DNA of 64,000 bases from NCBI GenBank assembly GCA_963823655.1, contig CAWGMK010000012.1, forward strand, positions 64,001 through 128,000, given 5' to 3'. The position numbers and the translations under genes are program-made. Source of the stretch: an uncultured Bacillota bacterium (GTDB taxonomy: Bacteria; Bacillota; DTU025; MWDF01). Within the stretch, counting starts at the first letter, position 1. Each line of letters starts with the position of its first letter. Shown here in pieces: positions 11,566 to 21,701 of the stretch. The notes below the pieces were generated by a model. The model ran no database searches. It worked only from the letters and a program-made list of their open reading frames with translations, and had not been told where the DNA came from.

Positions 11566-12120
11566 ATGCTCGGGCTGAAGAGGGGTATAGTCCAACTGGC
11601 AGACCATGACGATGCATGGGCATCCGCCGCATCCGATTCCATAAAGAAGCTCAAGGCCGTGCTCGGCCCGATCATGATATCGGCCGAGCACGTTGGCAGC
11701 ACATCTATCAGGTGGATCAAGGCAAAGCCGATAATCGACATCGCGGTCGGTGTGGGCGACTTCAAACCCGTTTATGACATGATCGATACGATTGAGCAAG
11801 CAGGCTTCATCCACAAGCGCGAGAACGACAATGAATGGCAAGTGTTCTTCTCATGCGGTAAGACCGAGGATGACGTCGTGACACACCACATCCATGTAGT
11901 CATTTATGAAGGTCAGGAGTGGCAAAACTACATGCTCTTCAGGGACTACCTGAACGCTAACAGGGAAGAGGCCCTGAAGTACCAGCGCATGAAGGAAGAA
12001 CTCATGGAGAAGCATCCGCACGACAGGCTGAACTACACCGAGGGCAAGTCCGAATACATAAGAGCCGTCATAGAGGCAGCAAGGCGGAGGAAATCCGAAG
12101 AGAAAAACCAGCTGAACCCC
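11566..12120 (+). CDS. GrpB/UPF0157 nucleotidyltransferase-like protein (end approximate; reads through into the next gene in this assembly)
   Basis: EHVGSTS, AKPIIDI, HIHV, FRDYL, YTEGK motifs; GGGAGG RBS. Confidence 0.8.
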
Positions 12121-12249
12121 GATGCGGGCAACCTGCTGACATCCAACCAAGGTCGTTCTTTTCTCACACACAGTTCATATAATTTGAAGGTGATGAATAT
12201 CGCTTTGTTGAACTATACACAAATTCATTTATGTGGGGAGGGTACGGCG

Positions 12250-12897
12250 ATGAAGGCATTTAAGATAGCGCTGGCTTTAGCAATCCTTGTTTCCCTGCTT
12301 TCCTTATCGGGCTGCAGCAAGACATGGTCCTTCGACTTCATGGACGGCACTTCGCTGACTGCTTGGCATATTGATGACTGGAGCGGCGGCTACGTATACG
12401 ACGAGACGGGGCTGACGATCGACTCCATGGGCTTTACATCACCCTTTGCCTTCACGGGGGACCTCACAGTCACCATCGAATTCACCCTTGATACAGATAT
12501 TAATAATGGGGTTTATATGGAGTTCGGGCTTTATGACAACATAGCTGATATCTCAGAAAACCGCGTCAATTTCCATTTCGATGATGTAGGAGATCCTGCA
12601 GAAGAGGGCATAGGCATCTCGGAGTATGGGCCGGCAACCGCCCCCGGCTGGAACTACACCAAATCATATTTAGCTACAATACCGGGTTTGAACAGGGACG
12701 GAGAGAATATCGTGGTAATCACTAAGACCGGGGATAACGTACAAATAAGCTTTAACGGGGTACCGGTTGAGAATTTGACTATGGGCTTCTATGAGTCCGA
12801 CAGGTTCGCAATACTCATCAGTTCGGAATTATATGACGGCGTCATGACTTACAATTCCATATCAGTCCGCTACACTGGGGATAGGATAGAGCTATAG
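12250..12897 (+). CDS. Lipoprotein of unknown family A
   Basis: Own GGAGG RBS and ATG; MKAFK signal with LSGC lipobox; SKTWSFDF, PFAFTGDLTVT, IPGLNRDGEN. Confidence 0.75.
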   Translation: MKAFKIALALAILVSLLSLSGCSKTWSFDFMDGTSLTAWHIDDWSGGYVYDETGLTIDSMGFTSPFAFTGDLTVTIEFTLDTDINNGVYMEFGLYDNIADISENRVNFHFDDVGDPAEEGIGISEYGPATAPGWNYTKSYLATIPGLNRDGENIVVITKTGDNVQISFNGVPVENLTMGFYESDRFAILISSELYDGVMTYNSISVRYTGDRIEL

Positions 12898-13079
12898 AAG
12901 AGGACTTATTTAATGGCAAGCCCCGGGCAGCAAATTATACGCCCGGGGCCTGTTCTTATACCAGAGGCTGGTCTTATTGGCTTCACGGACCCTAATCACA
13001 CACGCGACGGCTATTGGTAGCCAATGAGAACTCCTTGCTAGAGGATAGGACTAAAGCGTCATTCCGGTTAAAGGGTTAA

Positions 13080-13739
13080 TTAGGGAATAAGCTCGCGCGT
13101 TCCCTCGTACTCGATCTTTACATCCCTGTAGTACAAACAGCTTTTTTCGGAATCTTGGATGCTTTCGACGACAAGGCAATATTGATCAACATTGTAGCGA
13201 GAAGGGTTGAAGGCGACGATAAATGCATCATTGAGCCAGAAAGTTAGTAGCCCTCCTCTTTGCTCTATAACAAGTGTATTGAGTCCCACAGTATCAATAC
13301 CTGGGATAGGTGTTTGCAAATCCAAATAACTTATCGAACCTTGACTACTGTTACCATGGAAAATTGCGTAGCTAGCTGTATCAGTACCGACTTTACTGAA
13401 GGAAATCCCTGCATAACCTTCGGAATCAGAAAACCCGTTCATAGCCGAAAGACATACTTTAATAAACGACACATTGTTGATCTGGTCTGTATCCAAGTCG
13501 AAACGCACTGTTGCGGTGAGATCCCCCGTGTATACGTGAGGCACTGCAACCCAGTTGCTCGCCATAAACAGGCCTTCGTCTGATAGAACAGCAGAATTGC
13601 CGTAGGATGACCATGTCCCATCTGCCCTTATCAAGTCTTCCTCCTTAGTAAAATTAAAGTAATATGTCTTGCTGCAACCCGCCGTGGTCAACATCAGCGA
13701 AACAATAAGGAAGATCATCATCAGCTTGCCATATTTCAT
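13080..13739 (-). CDS. Lipoprotein family A, tandem copy 1 (219 aa)
   Basis: TAGC lipobox; aligns without gaps to copies 2 and 3. Confidence 0.85.
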   Translation of the reverse strand: MKYGKLMMIFLIVSLMLTTAGCSKTYYFNFTKEEDLIRADGTWSSYGNSAVLSDEGLFMASNWVAVPHVYTGDLTATVRFDLDTDQINNVSFIKVCLSAMNGFSDSEGYAGISFSKVGTDTASYAIFHGNSSQGSISYLDLQTPIPGIDTVGLNTLVIEQRGGLLTFWLNDAFIVAFNPSRYNVDQYCLVVESIQDSEKSCLYYRDVKIEYEGTRELIP

Positions 13740-13948
13740 ACAATCATCTCCTCGATAGTTACTTCAACATACTGTCAATTTCCCCTTTGCTCTTTCTTGT
13801 GCGCTCCCGACAAATCTTTGCCGCCTTAGAGAAATCGGAATGCTTGTTTCTCTAACAGCTTAAGGCATAATCAGAAGCAGGCTCCGGGCATCAATTCCGC
13901 CCGAAGCCGTTCATATTCAAGCAGTAGTCATCTTGGCTTTAGAAGATA

Positions 13949-14608
13949 CTAGGGAATTAGCTCGCGTGTTCCCTTGTACTCGATTTTCACATCCCTGAAG
14001 AACAAGCAGTCATTTTGAGAATCTTGACTGCTTCCTATGGTAAGGCAGTAAAGATCAGTGTCATAGCGAGAAGGGTTGAATGTAGCTAAGAATGCTCCAT
14101 TGAGCCAAAAAGTGAACACTCCGCTTTTTTGTTCAATAACAAGAGTATTAAGTCCCACAGTATTCAAAGCTGGGATTGGCGTTTGCGGTCCTTGATAGGC
14201 CGTTCCTCCTTGATCTTTATTGCCGTGGAAGATGATAAAAGTAGAGGTATCAATGCCGACATTCGAGAAACTAATCCCGGCAAAACCTTCGGAATTTAAA
14301 AATACATTCGTCGTCGAAAGGAATATTTCAAAATACGAGACAAAGTTATCATGGTCCGTATTTAAATCGAAACGGACTGTAGCTGTAAGATCCCCCGAAT
14401 AAACGTGGGGGGCTGAAACCCAGTCAGGCGCCATGAACAGGCCTTCGCTTGATAAAACAAAAAGGTTGCATACGGATGACCATGTTCCGTCATCTCTTAC
14501 CAGGTCTTCCTCCTCAGTGAAGTCGAAAAAGTATGTCTTGCTGCAACCTGCTGTGGTTAGCATCATTGAAACAACCAGCACGATCATCATCAGTTTGCCA
14601 ATTCTCAT
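13949..14608 (-). CDS. Lipoprotein family A, tandem copy 2 (219 aa)
   Basis: TAGC lipobox; aligns without gaps to copies 1 and 3. Confidence 0.85.
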   Translation of the reverse strand: MRIGKLMMIVLVVSMMLTTAGCSKTYFFDFTEEEDLVRDDGTWSSVCNLFVLSSEGLFMAPDWVSAPHVYSGDLTATVRFDLNTDHDNFVSYFEIFLSTTNVFLNSEGFAGISFSNVGIDTSTFIIFHGNKDQGGTAYQGPQTPIPALNTVGLNTLVIEQKSGVFTFWLNGAFLATFNPSRYDTDLYCLTIGSSQDSQNDCLFFRDVKIEYKGTRELIP

Positions 14609-14815
14609 ACAATCACCTCCCGAATAGGTACTTCAACATACTGCGAATTTCCCCTTTGCTCTTTCTTGTGCAGTTCTGACAAATATTTGCACTTTAGTCG
14701 AATTGGAATACTTGCTTCAATAACAGATTAAGGCTCAATTAAAACAGGCTCCAGGCATCAGTTCTGCCCGGAGCCTTTCATATTCAAGCAGCAGTCATCT
14801 TGGATTTAGGGGATA

Positions 14816-15475
14816 CTAGGGAATTAGCTCGCGTGTTCCCTCGTATTCAATCTTTACATCCCGGTAGAACAGGCAGCTTTTCTGAGAATCTTGAGTGCTT
14901 TGTATGTTAAGGCAATAGAGATCGACATTGTAGCGAGAAGGGTTGAAGGCGACTATAAAGGCATCATTGAGCCAGAAAGTGAGTATCCCTCCTCTTTGCT
15001 CTATAACGAGCGTATTTAGTCCTACAGTGTCAATACCTGGGATTGGTGTTTGCGATTCCAAATAATTTATCGTTCCTTCACTGCTATTAGAGTGGTAGAT
15101 GTTATAGTAGGCCGTATCTTGGCCGACATTGTAGAAGCTAATCCCTGCATAGCCTTCGGAATTCGAAAATCCGTTCTTTGCCGAAAGATATACTTCGAAA
15201 TACGGCACATAGTTGACCGGATCCGTATCCAAATCGAAACGGACTGTTGCGGTAAGATTTCCTGAGTAAACGTGAGGCACCGCAACCCAGTTGGCTGCCA
15301 TGAACAGGCCTTTGTCAGATAGAACCGTAGGATTGCCGAAGGATGACCATGTTCCGTCATCTCGTACGAAGTCTTCCTCTTCAGTAAAGTCGAAAAAGTA
15401 TGTCTTGCTGCAACCTGCTGTGGTTAGCATCAGTGAAACAATCAGGACGATCATCATCAGTTTGCCAATTTTCAT
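14816..15475 (-). CDS. Lipoprotein family A, tandem copy 3 (219 aa)
   Basis: TAGC lipobox; aligns without gaps to copies 1 and 2. Confidence 0.85.
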   Translation of the reverse strand: MKIGKLMMIVLIVSLMLTTAGCSKTYFFDFTEEEDFVRDDGTWSSFGNPTVLSDKGLFMAANWVAVPHVYSGNLTATVRFDLDTDPVNYVPYFEVYLSAKNGFSNSEGYAGISFYNVGQDTAYYNIYHSNSSEGTINYLESQTPIPGIDTVGLNTLVIEQRGGILTFWLNDAFIVAFNPSRYNVDLYCLNIQSTQDSQKSCLFYRDVKIEYEGTRELIP

Positions 15476-15647
15476 ACAATCACCTCCCGAATAGGTACTT
15501 CAACATTCGGATAGTTTATCCTTTGCTTATCTTGCCAAATCTCCTACAAATATGCAGTTCATTAAAAAATTGAAATCCATGGCCCTCCGATAGCTTGGAG
15601 TTGATAGAGAAGCTGAAGCTATGCCCATATAAGGAGGATATTCTGCA

Positions 15648-16376
15648 TTATGCATCCCGTCTATGAAGGGCGCCCCAACGGTCCAGCATGCGCTCCGCTT
15701 CATCCCTCGTGAAAGACCTGCCGTGGCCGGGATGGAATGTACGAGAGCCGGTTGCATCAAGAAGCTTTCTCCAACTTAAGATGTTCTGCTCTGCGCTTAA
15801 GCCAATAATAGGAAGGTCTGGCCCTAATGAAAGCGAAGGGAAGCCGCTCATAGCCATGTCTCCGATAAACGCCCGCCCGTCGTCCAGCACCAATGTACTT
15901 GAGCCCGGAGTATGTCCCGGTGTATGGATTATCCTGGCAGGCAGGCCGATATCGTGAAGGTCGGTCCCGTTATCGCCGAAAACCCCATCCGCAATGAAAC
16001 ATTCTGAGAGCTGCGGGGCCATCATAAGGGGCGCAAGCTTCATCACAAAGCGCGCCCATGAGCCTTGGGGCTTGGCCGGGACCTTCCCTTCCTCTTTAAG
16101 AAGCCTGTAGTCGGACTCGTGAATGAAGATAGGAGCGCCAGATGCCTTGGAAAGCCCTGCCGCCGATCCGATGTGGTCGAAGTGGCCATGTGTTATAAAG
16201 ATGGCTGAGATTGCTCTCCCTGAGCTAGCATCAGGCACAGTGGAGGCCTCTTTGATGAACCTGCGCTCCCAGAACCTGTAAGTGCCAGTGTCCACAATTA
16301 TGGAACCCTGCGGACAAGACACTAGGTAGCAGTTGGTCATATCTGCCCTCAGGAGCTTAACAATGACTTCCTGCAT
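15648..16376 (-). CDS. MBL-fold metallo-hydrolase
   Basis: THGHFDH, TPGHTPGS, GD, PGHG motifs. Confidence 0.9.
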   Translation of the reverse strand: MQEVIVKLLRADMTNCYLVSCPQGSIIVDTGTYRFWERRFIKEASTVPDASSGRAISAIFITHGHFDHIGSAAGLSKASGAPIFIHESDYRLLKEEGKVPAKPQGSWARFVMKLAPLMMAPQLSECFIADGVFGDNGTDLHDIGLPARIIHTPGHTPGSSTLVLDDGRAFIGDMAMSGFPSLSLGPDLPIIGLSAEQNILSWRKLLDATGSRTFHPGHGRSFTRDEAERMLDRWGALHRRDA

Positions 16377-16486
16377 TGACGCTCACCTCCCGTGTATTTT
16401 CATTAAGGAGAGGTGTACCTGCATGCGCGCAAACCTTAATTGTCTAAAACCAATGGTAAATCGCCAGAATACAGAATCAGGATTTT

Positions 16487-16852
16487 TCAGTGCTGCTTCT
16501 TTGCTTCAACAGACCTGCCGGCCCATACCAAGCCCACGCCTGTAAGCAGGGGTATCAGGGAAAGGGTCGCAAATGTTACAAGCATCTCATAAGTGGCGAA
16601 CTTCAGAGTAAGATATGCACCGAAGATTATAAGGGCGAGGCCCATTATCTGTGGCCTCTTCCAAGTCATTGCTATTGCTATCAGGAGGGCAATCGACGGC
16701 ACGGAATGCACGATGAACGCACCCACCTGCTCCAGGAAAGGAGCCTCGATTTCGAACACGTCAAATGAGAAAAGCATTAAAAAGAGAGCATAGGCGATGG
16801 CCACAATCCTGAGCCAGAATATTAGCTTGGAAGTCTTCTCGGCGGTTGCCAT
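16487..16852 (-). CDS. Small 4-TM membrane protein
   Basis: Four hydrophobic segments; GGAGGTG RBS. Confidence 0.7.
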   Translation of the reverse strand: MATAEKTSKLIFWLRIVAIAYALFLMLFSFDVFEIEAPFLEQVGAFIVHSVPSIALLIAIAMTWKRPQIMGLALIIFGAYLTLKFATYEMLVTFATLSLIPLLTGVGLVWAGRSVEAKKQH

Positions 16853-16984
16853 TTAACTCACCTCCATGCCTCTTGTTTCTGCAAAAGGGGCCGAAATCCT
16901 GCATCTTTGCGCCTAATGGAGCCAATATAAAAGGCCGGGATCATTGTAATCCCGGCCCTTCAGACTGGCACTCGATTGGCTTAT

Positions 16985-18070
16985 CTACTTCTTGTTTGTG
17001 CTGGAAGGAGCCCCTCCCATGCCCGCCCCGGCCGGTGAAACAACAGCGGTCGCAGTAATAGTCGCAGCGCCTGCGGCCGCCGTGAATGCTCCTCCTGTGT
17101 GCAACCCGTCCACGGCCTTGCCGGTGGAGCTGCCCGAGAAAACTGCGCTGTAGCTGGTTCCCGTACTAAGATCAGGCGAGCTGTACAACACGTTCTGGTA
17201 GGTCCTGGCCGGCGCGAAGGTAAGTATCTCCTTGCTGCCTTGTTTAATCGAGAAAACGGACTTTGCCGCCTGGGTCGCTCCTGATTTGAATAGAAGCGAG
17301 CTCTGGGTCGATGCGCCGTTAATATTTGTGAAGGTGTTTCCGGTAGCGATCAACGTTCCACCCTTGATAGTGAACAGGCCCCTGGCATCCAGACCGCCCT
17401 CGCCCCCAGTAGTGCCTCCCATCGATATTACAGTCCCGCCGTTGATGTTCACCGTGCCGTTCGAGTCGATCCCGTCCCCTGTGGCCACTATGTAGACATA
17501 GCCGCCGTTTACCGTGATGTCGTCATGCGCATTCAATCCGTCGTCCTTGGAAGTCACTTTTACCGTGCCGCTGGTTATGATGATGTCATCGTCGCTGGAT
17601 ATGCCCTCTTTGTGCTTGCCATCTACGACCAATGTCCCGGTTCCGTTTATCTCAAGCGTGTCGTTCGTGAAAACGGCCGCGTCGTTTTCGTTTGCGTTGG
17701 CCCCGTCGGTCAGATAGCTCGTAGTCCCCTCCTTCAAAGTAAGGGTGATCCTCTTCGCGTCAGTAACCATCAGGGCGGGCCCCGCAGAATTCGTTACGTT
17801 CACTCCGTTGAGCTCTATATAAACCTTGCCGGTCGTATTCACTTCTATTGAACCGTTGGCAAGCGTCCCGCTTACCGTGTAGTTGCCGCCCGCTGTTATC
17901 TTAATGGTACTGCCGCTGACCGCGGCTCCCGTTCCCTTTACCGTGCTCGTCGTCCCCAGCACTATTGCCGTCGCGTTCGTATAGTCTGTTACCGCCTCGG
18001 CAGATACTCCGACCGGTATTGCCGCCATCACCAGCGCCAATATCCAGGCAATCGCTATCAATTTCCTCAA
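16985..18070 (-). CDS. Secreted carbohydrate-binding beta-helix protein (Cthe_2159-like)
   Basis: Signal peptide; ITAGGNYTVSGTL, GTGTL.V, DDGLNA, GDGIDSNG repeats. Confidence 0.85.
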   Translation of the reverse strand: MRKLIAIAWILALVMAAIPVGVSAEAVTDYTNATAIVLGTTSTVKGTGAAVSGSTIKITAGGNYTVSGTLANGSIEVNTTGKVYIELNGVNVTNSAGPALMVTDAKRITLTLKEGTTSYLTDGANANENDAAVFTNDTLEINGTGTLVVDGKHKEGISSDDDIIITSGTVKVTSKDDGLNAHDDITVNGGYVYIVATGDGIDSNGTVNINGGTVISMGGTTGGEGGLDARGLFTIKGGTLIATGNTFTNINGASTQSSLLFKSGATQAAKSVFSIKQGSKEILTFAPARTYQNVLYSSPDLSTGTSYSAVFSGSSTGKAVDGLHTGGAFTAAAGAATITATAVVSPAGAGMGGAPSSTNKK

Positions 18071-18089
18071 TTTACCCACTCCTTGCACT

Positions 18090-18779
18090 TTACGCATACA
18101 CCTTATCCTCGAATTCCTTAACAGTCAGCGATATGTTCAAATTGCCGTTCCTGCACCTCAGCTCGTCTATGAACTTCTTCTGGTTTGCGCCGGGATCCAT
18201 GTTCAGGTTGTAGACCACTTCGAAAAGAGTGCCGAAATCGCTCGTCTTTACCTTCTTGAGGCTCCATGACTTCGAGTACTTGCTAAGCACATCGTCGAAC
18301 AGCCCCTGGTAATTCAAATCCTCCGGTATCGTTATCTTAAGCTGCATAGCATTCGCCCTTGGTGCTGCGAACTTCGCGAAGTGCAGCGCTATCATCATAA
18401 GGCACATCACTGCCGTGAATATGGCGGCGTAGCCCAAGTAGCCGATCCCGCACGCAAGCCCCACTCCCAGCGCGTACAGCACATAGGCGATGTCCTTCGG
18501 CGCTCCCGCCGAGCTGCGGAACCTAATCAGGCTGAAAGCTCCGGCCAGGCTGAAGGCCCTTGCGACATTGTTGCCGATGAGAAAGACTATCGCCGCAACT
18601 ATCGCCGGCATCATGATCAGGGTCACGGTAAATCCCGATGAATAGCCCTCGTTCTTGTGCGTGTACATATAGACGAGGGAGATGAAAAGGCCCATTGCTA
18701 TTGCCATGCCCAGTACCATAAGCGTGTTCAAGACGGTGAATGGCTCGTTGCCCGTTGTCGTAAGAATGCTCTCTATCAT
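18090..18779 (-). CDS. DUF4956 membrane protein
   Basis: NNVARAFSLAGAFSLIRFRS, GLACG.G, FIDELRCRNGNL. Confidence 0.88.
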   Translation of the reverse strand: MIESILTTTGNEPFTVLNTLMVLGMAIAMGLFISLVYMYTHKNEGYSSGFTVTLIMMPAIVAAIVFLIGNNVARAFSLAGAFSLIRFRSSAGAPKDIAYVLYALGVGLACGIGYLGYAAIFTAVMCLMMIALHFAKFAAPRANAMQLKITIPEDLNYQGLFDDVLSKYSKSWSLKKVKTSDFGTLFEVVYNLNMDPGANQKKFIDELRCRNGNLNISLTVKEFEDKVYA

Positions 18780-19595
18780 AATGACCTGCCCCTTTTCAGA
18801 ATGTGCCTTTGCCTTGCTTCCTGTTTTCCTGCCAGCATCGCCACCGCCGGCACCAATATCCGCCTGATCTCATCTGGCCTGCTGTAAAGGCATGTCCTCT
18901 CGTATTCCTTGCCGTACTTCGAATAACCCGTCCTGTATATGTTAAGCTCCGAGAGGGCGTCGGCCAGCCACACCGGCACCGAGCTCGAGAACTTGATTTC
19001 CATCAGAACCTGGCCGTCTTCCAGCAACCTGTCGCCGTGTTCGCTGTTTTCGAAATTTACTTCCGATCTTCTGGCGATTATGTCGGTGTCGAATGTAACC
19101 CTTAAGCCTTTGTCCTCAATTCCGCAGAAAGCCAGCCGCCTGTAGCTTATGTACGCCGCCGGGAATAGCTCGTTTTGCTTCAAAAAGAACGCTATCTCGT
19201 CTATAACCTGGGCGTTGATGTAATCTTTTGCCTGCCGGCTTCTTACCGGTCCCTACGAAATCCTCGGCCTCCTTGAGGCTCATAACTGCCCGCCTCTTAT
19301 TGATGATCCCGTCCATCTTCTTCTTGATCTCCAGGAACACCTGGTCATCCTTTGTGCCCGGCAGGTTGTAGCTTCTTATGCGAAGCTTCTGCTTGTAGAA
19401 CGGGTGCGACAACGAGTGCCTAATCAAATAGTTGTCCCTGGTGTCGAAGTAGATGCTGTGTATCTGATAGTCTTGCCCTCCCAGACAATGGCCGTCGAGG
19501 CTCATGTGAGGCCTGAGCTTCTCTATGAGCTTCTCGGCCTTGGGCGCATCTAACAGGTACTTGATCTCATGCCGTTTGAAAGTAGATATCGTCAT
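18776..19595 (-). CDS. VTC-domain (polyphosphate polymerase-like, CYTH) protein, frameshifted near 19230
   Basis: FKRHEIKY, SIYFDT, KLRIRSY, FLEIKKK; second fragment LRVTFD, MEIK, SKYG. Confidence 0.85.
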
Positions 19596-20044
19596 CTTCG
19601 AGGCCTCCTTCCCGGATTATTTCCCTTGCCTGCCGCTCGGCCGCCCATCCGCCGTTCGCTAGCCTGCCTGTCTGCTCTGAAAGCCGTTTCCAATGTTTGC
19701 AGTTTCAGAATAAAGCCCGTATGTTACATACAAATGGACGGAATATGAACATAATGTTACGGAATGAAAAATCGCCAAGAATTTCGGCAAACACAGCTTG
19801 AAAGCAGCAAACGCGCGAAAAACGGCTTCTCGCCAAAGGAAAGCGAGAGGCCCAACATGTGCATTAGATGCCGCAGCCATCCAATGATTGCATAAAATTA
19901 CCAATAGAAGGATATGCCGCAAAGCCGGCATACTTCCTGCCGTCGGGGCTGCGGAATGTTGTATATCCTCCCTGATTGTTATGATAAAATGTTCTATAAA
20001 CATACGCAAAATGCAAGCATTATGCGTATAGAGGAGGGGGAATC

Positions 20045-21623
20045 ATGAAGAGACTAATATTGGCAGCGACCCTTGTGGCCCTACTAGTGTCGGCCCTCAG
20101 CTTGACTGTCCTCGGCGCTACCCCGATAAAGGGCGGCACCCTAAGAGTCGCCGTTACGAGCATACAGGAACTGGTGCTCTACAAAACGGGCGGCAACGAC
20201 ATCAACGACGCGCTAAGCCTCATCTTCGACCACCTTTTCATAATCGGCAAGAACGACTTCAGGCCCATCCCGCACCTGGCTGAGAGCTGGGAGAACCCGG
20301 ATCCTCTTACCTGGGTGTTCCATCTCAGGAAGGGCACGATGTTCCATGACGACAACGCCGTCTTCGCCAAGGGCAAGAGCCGCGAAGTCGTAGCGGACGA
20401 CGTGGTCTATTCCGTAAACCGCATGCTCACAACGAGCGTCGCCTTCACGCTCGGCCCCGTAACCGGCGTCAAAGCGCTCGACCGTTATACCGTAGAGATT
20501 AAGACATCCACACCGCAGCCGTTCCTGGTAAACGACGCCAACAGGCTCGCCGTCTGCGCCATCATCCCCAAAGAGGCGATAGACAAGCTGGGCGAGGCCG
20601 GCTTCGCAAAGACGCCGATCGGCAGCGGCCCGTTCAAGTTCAAGAGCTTCTCGCCAGACTCGGGCGTAGTGCTTGTAAGAAACGACGCCTACTGGCTCCC
20701 CGTATACCTTGATGCGGTAGAGTTCGTAACCATACCCGATCCCACGGTGCAGACCCTTGCCCTTCAGTCGGGCGAAGTCGACGTGGTCAAGCACCTTTTC
20801 AACCTCGAAGTCGCAAAGAGCTTCGAGAACAACAAGAACTTCAACATGATGTCCAGGGGCGGCTCGTACCGCGGCCTTGGGCTTTAACGTAACCGTGGCA
20901 CCCTTCGACAACTTCGAAGTGCGCGATGCCATATCCAAGATCCTCGACATCGACGCAGCATTCAACGCTGTTATCGGAACCGCCGGCGAGCGCGCCTACG
21001 GCCAGTGCCCTCCGTGGGTGCCGCACGGCTACGACCCGACGCTCAAATCCCTCTGGAGCCGCGATGTGGCGGCCGGCCTGAAGCTTCTGGAGAAGAACGG
21101 CTTCAAGGACACCAACAACGACGGCTTCCTGGAGTGGAACGGCAAGCCCTTCAAAATCGAGATAAAGACGCTTGCAGGCTCGCAGGTTAAGGTCCTGACC
21201 ATACTTGCGACCCAGCTCAGGGCCGTCGGCATCAACACCGGCGTGCTGCAGCAGGACACCGCCGTATGGGCGGACGATCTGCTTAAAGGCAACACCACGA
21301 TGTTCTTCGACTACAGCTACGCCGGAGCTACCGGCTTCCATTCGCTCTTCCACAGCTCGATGATCACCAAGGCCAACACGCATTACTACAAGAATGCGGA
21401 AGTGGACAAGCTCCTGGAAGATGCCCTCACCAAGACCAACTTCGCAGAGCTGTCCTCACTGTGGAAGAAGGCCCAGAAGATAGTCTTCACCGAAAGAGCA
21501 GGCATACCGATGTACTTCGAGTGGAGCTACCTCATAGCCAACAAGAGAGTCAATGACATAGTGCCTCCGTGGGGCGGCTTCAACCTCGTCACCCTGGAGA
21601 ACAACGTCTGGCTGAGCAAGTAA
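20045..21623 (+). CDS. Peptide ABC transporter substrate-binding protein (family 5), frameshifted near 20880
   Basis: PHLAESW, FHLRKG..FHD, PIGSGPFK, GFN...PFDN.EVR.AI. Confidence 0.85.
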
Positions 21624-21701
21624 CTAAAAGACAATTCCCGAATGCGAGAAAGCCGGCCGGACTTCTTAAAAAGCCCGGCCGGCGACAAATAGGAGCGAAA
21701 T

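Larger units (their letters stand above)
13080..15525. repeat. Tandem triplication of an approximately 868-bp unit (gene plus promoter and hairpin)
   Basis: Gene ends spaced 869 and 867 bp apart; spacers 13740-13948 and 14609-14815 are visibly homologous. Confidence 0.9.

Noticed and set aside
11539-12897. GrpB-lipoprotein fusion protein (452 aa)
   Set aside because: An internal RBS, ATG and complete lipoprotein signal at 12250, with a promoter-like linker, indicate two genes joined by a lost stop.
13740-14815. Integron attC cassette array or DGR target
   Set aside because: The spacers lack paired RYYYAAC/GTTRRRY boxes; there is no integrase, reverse transcriptase or template repeat in the window.
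19786-19850. c-di-GMP-I riboswitch (GGCAAAC...GAAA)
   Set aside because: The stem around GAAA does not pair, and the downstream P2 consensus is absent.
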